Both the position numbers and the translations under genes were made by a program. From Pyrodictium abyssi (GTDB lineage Archaea; Thermoproteota; Thermoprotei_A; Sulfolobales; Pyrodictiaceae): a stretch of 32,000 bases of DNA. Below the pieces are notes generated by a model. It searched no databases. It was given only the letters and a program-made list of their open reading frames with translations, and had not been told where the DNA came from. The stretch spans positions 1,620,001 to 1,652,000 of the forward strand of contig NZ_AP028907.1 in the NCBI RefSeq assembly GCF_036323395.1, read 5' to 3'. This document shows, one piece after another, positions 25,226-32,000 of the stretch; position 1 is the first letter of the stretch, and every line of letters starts with the position of its first letter.

Positions 25226-26798
25226 CCCGGTAGCCCGGAGAAGGCCACCGGCACCTGCTAGGCCGTGTCTCAGCCTCACGCGTGGTACAGCCGCCAGCGC
25301 AGCAACCAGGGCCAGGAGCGCTAGCCAGCTTAGACCCGGAGCCCGCTGGCCCATGAATACAATAGGCCGGGCTCCCCGAGTCATTAGAGACCTCTACACC
25401 GTGTACGGGCAGGCCCAAATCTTCAACCCTAACAATGCCGGCCAGAGCAGTCGCGGCTCCAGCCCCTACGTCAACGGGCTCAACGACAGCCTTGGATACG
25501 TTTAGCTGGAAACCAGGCGCATCGGCAACCTCTACACCTATGCTCCGCCCGAGCATACTAGGCTCAAAGGTGCCGATGACCACGCAGCTCTCACTGTTCT
25601 CGCCCTCCGCGTGGCCGAGGAAGTAGAGGCTGCTGCTCGGCGGCACCCATACACCCTCAACCCTCAGGCTTGACGCGCCATACACAGTAGGCGCCCAGAC
25701 ACGCACCCCGGGTGCCGCGTCGAACACATCTCGATGCACGGCTACAACGGCTCCAGGGTTGCTCATGCAGTTAGCGTCAACGTAGAGGTATCCGTCTGCG
25801 TAGAAGAGGCCAGCGGCATAGATGTACAGCATGGTGGTGTCCTTGTCGCTGCAGACGCTATCGGCGCTGATCTCGACGGCGCCCCGGGGCGTCCAGCTGC
25901 CAGGCTCCAGGCGGAGCAGGTACAGGGTGGCGTTACGCCCGTAGCTGGTAGAGAAGGCTGGTGACACGGATAGGGCGAGGTAAATGTACTCACCGTCGCT
26001 GGCAATGTTGTGGACGAGGGCGGTGTTGTTGACTAGCACAAGCGTGCTGGCCAACGGTCTACCGGCCTTAGCAGCCTCTGCAGCGTCGTTTGCATCCATG
26101 GCTAGGATGCCGACTGGCGACAGCATGTAGAGCTTTCCGCCTATAAGCCGGAACCCTTGGAGCCATAGCCGCGTAGCGTTGTAGACTGCGAGCAGCCTCG
26201 CGCCGGGAGGCCTAGAGGGGGTCGAGCACTGCCAGGTAGCTGGCGAGCACCGGCCGCCCCACAGTAGCATCTGGTATTCGCGGGCATGCAGTAACCACCA
26301 TAGCTGCATAGAGTAAGTCGCTATCATCGTCATATGCCAGGCCGTTAGCGGGGACGAAGACCCGGCAGCCGCCGACACCACGGAACGTGACATCACCCCC
26401 GCCACGGGGTCCAGGCCCTACTCGCCCCCAACGTCTACGAAGAATATGGACGGGTACTCCCCGCCCTCAACCACAACGTACAGTGACTCGCCGCTACCAG
26501 CCGCGGACCCTACTCTCGAGGCTTGTACGCCGGGCCAGTAGCGCAGCACAGCCTCTCCGTCGCCTTGCTCGTCTACGCATGCGAGGAGGAGAGACTGGCC
26601 ATAGAGGCCAGAGACACAGACAACACCACCATCTAGAGCGGCGAAGCCGCTCGGCGCCGAGAACGTAGCGCCATCCACATGGACGCGGAGAAGCCATCCT
26701 TCCTGGCCGCTAGGCAGCTGGACCAGCGCCAGGAGCAGCACGGGGATAAGGAGCAGCATTACCGCAAAGACGAGTCTCCGGACTCGCACAGCTGGCAT
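25134..26798 (-). pseudogene. secreted beta-propeller-like surface protein, disrupted by at least two frame breaks
   Basis: ATG 26798 opens a signal/anchor MPAVRVRRLVFAVMLLLIPVLLLALV. The body has recurring strand motifs (SLYVVVEGGE, KLYMLSPVG, GEYIYLALSV, ATLYLLRLEPG, TMLYIYAAGLFYADGYLYVD, SSLYFLGHAEGE). ORFs 26418..26798 and 25134..26405 are in the same frame, separated by one TAG (26420-26418). Segment 26222-26415 reads far better in the adjacent frame (GDVTFRGVGGCRVFVPANGLAYDDDSDLLYAAMVVTACPRIPDATVGRPVLASYLAVLDP). A clean C-terminal TM anchor lies in yet another frame near 25210-25380. Confidence 0.55.
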
Positions 26799-26898
26799 CC
26801 ACCCTAGGGGGCTAGGCTAGGGCCCAGCCGGGCGCCGGGCCTCCAGGGGGCTCCTGCGGGAGCAGTAGGCGGTTGGGAGCAGCGTGGGCGTAGGGGTG

Positions 26899-26986
26899 TG
26901 GTGCGGGGGGTGGGATTTGAACCCACGCCGGCCTACGCCAGCGGGTCTTGAGCCCGCCCCCTTCGACCTGGCTCGGGCACCCCCGC
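26899..26986 (-). tRNA. tRNA-Leu(CAA): tRNA-Leu, anticodon CAA, genomically encoded CCA, no intron
   Basis: The minus strand reads GCGGGGGUGCCCGAGCCAGGUCGAAGGGGGCGGGCUCAAGACCCGCUGGCGUAGGCCGGCGUGGGUUCAAAUCCCACCCCCCGCACCA. It has a 7-bp acceptor stem, anticodon stem GCGGG/CCCGC with loop CUCAAGA, a long variable arm, and T arm GUGGG-UUCAAAU-CCCAC. Confidence 0.9.
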
Positions 26987-27157
26987 TTCCAGCCGGGCTG
27001 GCGGCCGAAGGGGGCTGGAGCCGGAAAACCCGAGGGGTCCTGGCCGGCCCCGTGGCTTCTAGCCTAGCGGCCCCCGGGCTATAAGGCTTCAATGCAGCCC
27101 CATGGCTGTCTCTAGACGGGGTGGCCGAGGCTGCCTAGGCCCGAGGACCTCCTCCGG

Positions 27158-27802
27158 ATGGCTGGCGTGGGCAGGTTCCAGGTCATGGCGCTGCTGCAGG
27201 CTGCCCGCTACTACCGGCTGAAGGGCAACCTGGAGAAGGCGAAGAGCTGGGGGCTCAACCGCGCAGTGTTCTACGCATGGGCTAAGCACTATGGGCCCCG
27301 TGGCTGGCGGCGGGCGGCTCGGCTCGACGAGCTGCTGCGCCGCACCGGCTCCACGGAGGCCGGGGCGGGCAGGCGGTGCCCCGAGGGCATGGTCGAGGAG
27401 CTGGGCGAGTGCGTTGCAGTGGGGAGGAGGGGTTGGTACGCGATGGGCGGGGAGGAGCAGACGCCTAGGGACTTCGACCGCGAGGTCGCGGCCCGGGTCT
27501 CTAGGGTGGTTCCCTGGGAGAAGGCCTGGAAGGCTGCGCTAGAGTACGTCTCGCTGTTCCCCGAGTGGGTGCTCCGCGACCCTCAGAGGTTCTACCGGCT
27601 GGTCTACGAGCCGGTGAGGGACACGTTCTTCATCTCGCTGCTCCGGGGCGAGAAGCCACGGCCGCCAAGGAGTATACTTGAGCGGCTTGAGAGCCTCGAG
27701 AAGATGGCCAGCAAGGCCGGGAGACAGGTAGGCCTAGACGCGTTCATCAAGAGGGAGGCCTCTCAGAGAGAGCAGAGCAGCGGGGACAGCGGAGACAGCT
27801 AA
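27158..27802 (+). CDS. hypothetical protein with N-terminal HTH-like segment
   Basis: ATG 27158. The N-terminus FQVMALLQAARYYRLKGNLEKAKSWGLNRAVFYAWAKHYG resembles the short HTH of IS-element OrfA or excisionase-type proteins (...GVSR.T.Y.W.K.Y). The rest is unassigned, with an acidic/Ser-rich tail. TATA-like ctataagg lies near 27079-27086. Confidence 0.5.
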   Translation: MAGVGRFQVMALLQAARYYRLKGNLEKAKSWGLNRAVFYAWAKHYGPRGWRRAARLDELLRRTGSTEAGAGRRCPEGMVEELGECVAVGRRGWYAMGGEEQTPRDFDREVAARVSRVVPWEKAWKAALEYVSLFPEWVLRDPQRFYRLVYEPVRDTFFISLLRGEKPRPPRSILERLESLEKMASKAGRQVGLDAFIKREASQREQSSGDSGDS

Positions 27803-27850
27803 GGCGTGTATATGCCCTAGCGGAGCCAGGGCCGCGGCATCCTGGGCGGC

Positions 27851-28006
27851 GCCTCTGGGCTAGCCCAAGGAAACCCGGCAGCGGGCTACGGGGCAGCAGG
27901 GGTAACACCCACTGAGCCACCAGGCGGGGAATGCTGCGCGTAATCGCCGCCTGGCACTCCGAGCCCCCGGAGGGGCGTGTTACCGGGGTGTTAGCGGCCC
28001 AGAGGC
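27851..28006. ncRNA. candidate structured RNA (unidentified class)
   Basis: The gap 27803-28088 has no ORF in any frame. Nested exact complements are gcctctgggc (27851-60) with gcccagaggc (27997-28006), and ggtaacac (27901-08) with gtgttacc (27977-84). Hairpins are ccaggcgg/ccgcctgg (27920-27/27947-54), ctccg/cggag (27957-61/27968-72) and tagccc/gggcta (27861-66/27883-88). Confidence 0.3.
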
Positions 28007-28088
28007 CTTCTCGGCTCCCGGCGAGACAATAGTCTACAACGGGTAGAGTACCGGGGGCAAACCCCTCTTAGAATAACTCGTCCGGGAG

Positions 28089-28553
28089 GTGTCAATAGGG
28101 GTGGCGGCTGAGGCACTCATACTGGGTGTAGAGAGGGGCGGCAACGCCCATGCGCTGATAGAGCCGGAGCCCGGCGCCGTCGAGAGGCCCCGCAGGGAGC
28201 TAGAGGAGATACGCGGCAGGGTGGAGCACGTGGAGGAGAGCCTAGCCGAGCTGGGCGCCGCAGTGAAGAGTATCCAGAGCCAGGTGGAGGGCTACGCTGC
28301 CGCCCTCAGCCTCTACGAGCAGCGCGTCTCCAGGCTAGAGGCATTCCACAAAGCAGCGTCCATGATAGGCGGCTGGAAGGCCCAGACCTGCCTCCACAGC
28401 AGCAACGGCGTCTGCACCCTGTGGAGGCTCAGTAGGGAGGCAGCAGAGCAGCTCCACGGCCTCGTAGCCGAGGACGGCGCCGGGGTATACAGGGTGAGGG
28501 TCGCCAAAGCGCCCTGGTTCTGCGGCCTCTGCCCGCTGTACCAGCGCGCCTAG
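28089..28553 (+). CDS. hypothetical coiled-coil protein with C-terminal Cys4 (zinc-ribbon-like) motif
   Basis: The central helix is heptad-rich (RRELEEIRGRVEHVEESLAELGAAVKSIQSQVEGYAAALSLYEQRVSRLEAF). The C-terminus has C-x7-C (CLHSSNGVC) and C-x2-C (CGLC). The start is GTG 28089 or GTG 28101, with GGAGGTG at 28085-28091. Confidence 0.5.
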   Translation: MSIGVAAEALILGVERGGNAHALIEPEPGAVERPRRELEEIRGRVEHVEESLAELGAAVKSIQSQVEGYAAALSLYEQRVSRLEAFHKAASMIGGWKAQTCLHSSNGVCTLWRLSREAAEQLHGLVAEDGAGVYRVRVAKAPWFCGLCPLYQRA

Positions 28554-28806
28554 CCCCTCGGGGCAGACGGCGTCCATTCCATCCACGGCGTTGCCGTGGA
28601 GAGGGATAGGCGGTACCCTGCGCACGTGGATTGCACGGAGCATGCCCGCTCTAGCCGTGGCTGCTAGGGAGTCACCGGGCCCGCAGCCAAGAGGTTCAAG
28701 GAGTCCGCGACGATACCCGCCGCGCCGGGAGCGCCGCGGCGGCAATGAGGATGCGTTCTTCTACGGGCGCGGCGAGAAAGCCCTGGGGGGTAGCAGCCAA
28801 GGGGCC

Positions 28807-29763
28807 CTAGCCGGGCAGTATCCTTGTGCCCCTCTCCCCCTCTGCTACGAGGGCGGCGTCCTCTAGCCGGCCTATAGCAGCGTAGCAGTCCATGCAGCCG
28901 GCTCTGGCGCGGGCCTCCACGAACTCTACAGCTGCCTCCACCTTTGGGCCCATACTGCCCGGCGGGAACTCGCCCTCCTCGAGGAGGCGCCGGGCCTCGC
29001 TGGCTGTCAGCCTCTCTAGGGGCTTTTGGCCCGGCCTGCCGTAGTTCCTGTAGACGTAGGGCACGTCGGTGAGTATGAGGAGCGCCTGGGCCCCGAGAGC
29101 CTGGGCTAGGAGGCTAGAGGCATAGTCCTTGTCCACGACGGCCTCTACGCCGTGGAGCCATGCTCTGCTCCGGACCACGGGCACGCCGCCGCCCCCTGCA
29201 GCTATCACAACGTAGCCCGCCTCGAGCAGCGTCCTGACAGCCTCGAGCTCTACTACGCTGGCTGGCCGGGGGCTCGGGACTACGCGGCGGTAGCCGCCCC
29301 GAGGGTCCGGGCGGAACACCCAGCCCGTCTCCCTGGCGAGGCGCTCAGCCTCGTCGCGTGCGTAGTAGGGGCCTATGGGCTTGCTCGGCTCCCGGAACGC
29401 GGGGTCGCTGCGGCTTACGAGCACCTGGGTCACGAGCGCCGCCACCCGGCGGGGCCTCCCACGCTCCTCCAGAGCGTTCCCTATGGCCTGCTGGAGCATG
29501 TAGCCGAGCCATCCCTGCGTCATAGCCACGGCCACGTCCATGGAGAGTGGCTCTCCAGGGCTGCGTGAGGCCCTGTACATCCACTCCAGGAGCGCACCCA
29601 CCTGCGGCCCGTTGCCATGCGTCACTACCACCCTGTAGCCCTTCTCGACGAGCCCTGCGACAGCCTCAGCGGCTATCCTTACGCTGCGCCACTGGCTACT
29701 AAGCCCCTCACCCTTCCTCGCGAAGGCGTTACCCCCGAGTGCGACCACGAGAAGCCTGTCCAT
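28807..29763 (-). CDS. arcC: carbamate kinase
   Basis: From ATG 29763 it reads MDRLLVVALGGNAF, VVVTHGNGPQVG, DPAFREPSKPIGPYY, YRRVVPSPRP, IAAGGGGVPVV, VEAVVDKDYAS, ILTDVPYVY and GSMGPKVEAAVEF. A GGTG motif lies about 12 nt upstream. The 62-codon N-terminal extension in the track ORF (to 29949) looks non-coding. Confidence 0.85.
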   Translation of the reverse strand: MDRLLVVALGGNAFARKGEGLSSQWRSVRIAAEAVAGLVEKGYRVVVTHGNGPQVGALLEWMYRASRSPGEPLSMDVAVAMTQGWLGYMLQQAIGNALEERGRPRRVAALVTQVLVSRSDPAFREPSKPIGPYYARDEAERLARETGWVFRPDPRGGYRRVVPSPRPASVVELEAVRTLLEAGYVVIAAGGGGVPVVRSRAWLHGVEAVVDKDYASSLLAQALGAQALLILTDVPYVYRNYGRPGQKPLERLTASEARRLLEEGEFPPGSMGPKVEAAVEFVEARARAGCMDCYAAIGRLEDAALVAEGERGTRILPG

Positions 29764-30179
29764 AGCCGTGTGACACCTTACTGTAACACGTTGCGGCCAC
29801 AGTATAGCTCCGATGGCACAGCGACTTGTACCATTATGCCGCCAGGGAAGCAGCCAGCAGAGAAGGGAGGGTTTAAGGGGGAGGCGGATAACCAAGCTGT
29901 ACAGACGATAGAGCACCCCCAACACTATGCAGCTACTGCAAGCATGCATCCCACGTCAGGATGGTATCCACGGTAGGCGTAGTGGGCCCGAAGGGGCGGA
30001 ACGCGCTGCACACGCATGTACACCATGCACTCCAGCACACCTTCCAACGACTAGTGTATGATGCCCCGGGGATAGGGTGGTAGCAGGTCATGAGGTGGCC
30101 GCTTGACGAGCTCAGTATGAAGATACTCCTACACCTATTACACGTTACATGCGTGAAAGCAATGCGACAAACTAGTATG

Positions 30180-30218
30180 TAAGATTAAACATTACATAAA
30201 ACATACCATAAGATTAAA
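30180..30218. repeat. direct repeat TAAGATTAAA x2 in an A/T-rich spacer
   Basis: taagattaaa occurs at 30180-30189 and again at 30209-30218. Both copies lie within the very A/T-rich stretch 30120-30320. Confidence 0.6.
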
Positions 30219-30324
30219 ATACTATGGATAGTTTTTACAGGCCTACGTTTCGGGCCAGGGACTATTATTCCGGAAACTGTTTACTTGATGTATCTAGGGC
30301 TGAATATTGTTTCCCTATACCTCA

Positions 30325-31122
30325 CTAGTGGAGCATAGCGTGAATATTTGTGGCGATCATGTACACAGCTACGAGTACGAGTAGTGTGGAGAACGCGGCC
30401 CTCAGCGTCTTGGCCGGGACCCTTGTGGCTAGACTAGAGCCAACGACGCCTCCGATAGACCCGCCCAGGGTGAAGAGGGCTGTCACAAGCGGGTCTAGCG
30501 GCCTCCCCTGCGCGTAGTAGCTCACTAGCCCGGCGACACCGTTAACGAATATTATGGAGAGGGATGTTCCTATTGCCTCGCGCATCTCCAGGCCTGCACC
30601 ACACACGAGAGCCGGGACTATTAGGAACCCGCCACCAGCGCCAAAGAAGCCCGAGGCTACTCCAGTAATGAACCCAAGCAAGAGTATGCGGCCATAGTCT
30701 ATGCGCCTTCCTCGGCATGGCGCCCTGGAGCCGTATTGGCTCCGGGCTTGCTTCTTAGCAGCATTCTAGCCGCTATAGCTATCATGAGGAGGGCGAAGAG
30801 GAGCAAGAGTAGGGAGCCCTTGACGTAGCTATTGAGGTAGCTGCCTGGGTAGACGCCGATAAGCGAGGCGGCCGCCATTACGAGCCCTATCCTGTAGACA
30901 ACGTAGCCCTGGCGCATATACCGTACCGAGCTTATGAGGGAGACAGCGCCGACGGCCACAAGGGAGGCGCCGACAGCGTGATGCGGGCTCAGCCCGACAA
31001 TGTAGACGAGTAGTGGGACGCCGAGCGCCGAGCCGCCCCTCCTGTCAGCCCGAGCGAAAACCCTGCTACAAGCCCCGCCAGGAGAGCAAGGATGGTGTTC
31101 AAGCCCGTTTGTCCGCCTCCAT
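30325..31122 (-). pseudogene. TauE/SafE (DUF81, TSUP) family anion exporter, broken by at least two frameshifts
   Basis: Three collinear pieces lie in different frames. The N-terminus is LNTILALLAGLVAGFSLGLTGG (TTG 31102, or out-of-frame ATG 31122). The middle piece is GGSALGVPLLVYIVGLSPHHAVGASLVAVGAVSLISS... (extends track ORF 30699..30959 upstream). The C-terminal half is RILLLGFITGVASGFFGAGGGFLIVPALV... (30325..30681). Adding one C to the C4 run 31036-31039 restores TGGGGSALGVPLL. The second break is near 30700-30715. Confidence 0.7.
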
Positions 31123-31249
31123 GGCGGCCTAGCCTGCCGCCTCCCCGATAAACGCTCCCCGGCCGCTATGTTGGTGTCGCGTCATGCCCCGGAGGAGGGT
31201 CCGCAGCGCGGGCGGTACACCGTCGGGGCACGGCTCCCCGGCTGAACGG

Positions 31250-31762
31250 CTACCTGGAGTACGTCCCGGTCAACATAGCGTAGCCTATGACATGCCCCTT
31301 CATGCGCTCGAGGACCTCGTCCGCCCGGGCTCCCGGCTCCAGGCCGAGGGTCTCCACGTCGAGCGCGTGGAGCGCGAACACGTAGCGGTGTGGGCGGTCG
31401 CCGCGCGGCGGACAGGGGCCCCCGTAGCCGTACTTGCCGAAGTCGTTGAGGCCTTGGAGCCCGAGGCCCTCGACAACAGGGTCCCCGGGGACGCCCTCGG
31501 GGAGCGCGGCCAAGTCGCGGGGGATGTCGTATATGACCCAGTGGACGAAAGTGCCCCGCGGCGCATCCGGGTCATAGACGATGAGAGCGTAGCTTGCGGT
31601 GGAGGCGGGGGCTCCGCTCCACTCGAGGGCTGGTGATACGTCCTCGCCGTCGCAGGTATGGCGCTGCGGTATCCTTTCGCCGTCGTTGAACGCGGGCGAG
31701 ACTAGGGTGAACTGGGAGCCACTCCTCACGAGGTAGTCCCGGTGGCGGCGAAAGAGGATCAT
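31250..31762 (-). CDS. PEBP-family protein (YbhB/YbcL, Raf-kinase-inhibitor-like)
   Basis: It reads SPAFNDGERIPQRHTCDGEDVSPALEWSGAP, YALIVYDPDAP.GTFVHWVIYDIP and YGGPCPPRGDRPHRYVFALHALD. Confidence 0.85.
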   Translation of the reverse strand: MILFRRHRDYLVRSGSQFTLVSPAFNDGERIPQRHTCDGEDVSPALEWSGAPASTASYALIVYDPDAPRGTFVHWVIYDIPRDLAALPEGVPGDPVVEGLGLQGLNDFGKYGYGGPCPPRGDRPHRYVFALHALDVETLGLEPGARADEVLERMKGHVIGYAMLTGTYSR

Positions 31763-31775
31763 AGAGCAGCTCCTC

Positions 31776-31789
31776 CCCTGCTAGCAGGG
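31776..31789. promoter_or_regulatory. 14-bp perfect palindrome CCCTGCTAGCAGGG between the TATA-like box and the PEBP start
   Basis: ccctgctagcaggg at 31776-31789 lies 14-27 nt upstream of ATG 31762. A TATA-like ctttatcta (minus strand) sits at about 31800-31812. Confidence 0.3.
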
Positions 31790-31905
31790 CAAGTGGCCTA
31801 GATAAAGCTCTATCGTGTAGAACCGGTATGCCGAGGCGGTGTATATCGCGCGGCTCCTAGCCCCGTTGGCCCGCCAGCGGCCCCGGCGGAGGGGCCTAGG
31901 GGCGC

Positions 31906-32000
31906 TTACATGATGTAGCCGGTTTCGGCTAGGCTTGCGGCGTCCTTCTCCTCCTGGGCCTCGAGGGTGAAGGCTGCCTGTCCACCGATGTAGAACCGGG
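31906..32000 (-). CDS. C-terminal end of an unidentified gene running off the right edge
   Basis: The minus-strand frame is open from the window edge (...RFYIGGQAAFTLEAQEEKDAASLAETGYIM) to TAA at 31908-31906. It is too short to assign. Confidence 0.35.
   Translation of the reverse strand, partial: RFYIGGQAAFTLEAQEEKDAASLAETGYIM

Noticed and set aside
26418-26420. In-frame TAG as programmed readthrough, pyrrolysine-type recoding or a simple nonsense mutation.
   Set aside because: The 195 nt downstream read convincingly only in the adjacent frame, so frameshifts explain the stop. No Pyl machinery is expected in this lineage and none is seen here.
26817-27092. ORFs 26817..27092(-) and 26884..27084(+).
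   Set aside because: They cover the tRNA-Leu gene and its GC-rich flank. The translations are low complexity.
27851-28006. Assignment of the structured element to SRP RNA or RNase P RNA.
   Set aside because: There are only loose resemblances (GGAAACCCGG, GGGGCAGCAGGGGUAAC, GNAR-type loop). The diagnostic CR-I/CR-V and SRP helix-8 motifs are absent, and the size and branching do not fit. It is left as an unclassified candidate.
29764-29949. 62-codon N-terminal extension of carbamate kinase in the track ORF (start at 29949).
   Set aside because: The canonical family N-terminus (MDRLLVVALGGNA) begins at ATG 29763 and has a GGTG motif upstream. The extension is Cys/Leu/Arg-rich with no resemblance to the family.
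24565-30190. Shared 9-mer GTAAGATTA at about 24565 and about 30179 as possible att-like borders of a 5.6-kb insert.
   Set aside because: A single 9-nt match between two A/T-rich spacers is expected by chance in 32 kb. The enclosed genes include housekeeping carbamate kinase and a tRNA, and no integrase is present.

Overview
This window is a GC-rich archaeal chromosome segment. Sample counts: line 8521-8580 has 45/60 G+C, while the A/T-rich island line 6061-6120 has 25/60. The tetramer CTAG is very frequent (7 copies in the first 300 nt). Codon choice favours AGG/AGA for Arg, ATA for Ile and CTA for Leu. GTG and TTG starts, short GGTG-type ribosome-binding motifs and TATA-like A/T boxes are common. 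Together with a LysW-carrier lysine/arginine pathway and sufCBD, this points to a hyperthermophilic crenarchaeon, probably Desulfurococcales (Aeropyrum-like). That assignment is an inference, not a database match.

Gene content, left to right:
- a partial hypothetical gene
- a decayed UPF0175/PIN (DUF3368) toxin-antitoxin pair
- a MacB-type ABC ATPase plus a double-FtsX permease
- a DUF3782/PD-(D/E)xK-like gene
- an A/T-rich island (about 5868-7190) carrying a frameshifted orphan gene and flanked by gene fragments
- a minus-strand cluster: ArsR regulator, 2-TM protein, DUF4097, heavily N-glycosylatable polytopic protein, 2-TM coiled-coil protein, divergent ADP-ribosylglycohydrolase-like protein, frameshifted archaeal ATPase
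- an intact archaeal ATPase paralog
- divergent lysWXJK / lysYZ
- sufCBD
- a small membrane protein
- a broken secreted beta-propeller-like gene
- tRNA-Leu(CAA)
- an HTH protein, a 156-nt nested-helix non-coding element and a coiled-coil/Cys4 protein
- carbamate kinase
- a broken TauE/SafE permease
- a PEBP/YbhB protein

Main hunt results:
1. Pseudogene density is high and confined to accessory genes. Most frame breaks are repairable by +/-1 nt at G/C homopolymer runs.
2. Two GC-rich intergenic elements have perfect 10-bp long-range complementarity enclosing nested hairpins: one between lysW and lysY, one next to tRNA-Leu.
3. The ArsR/DUF4097/ARH-like membrane cluster is a candidate uncharacterised envelope module.

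I saw no CRISPR array, rRNA gene, transposase or integrase.
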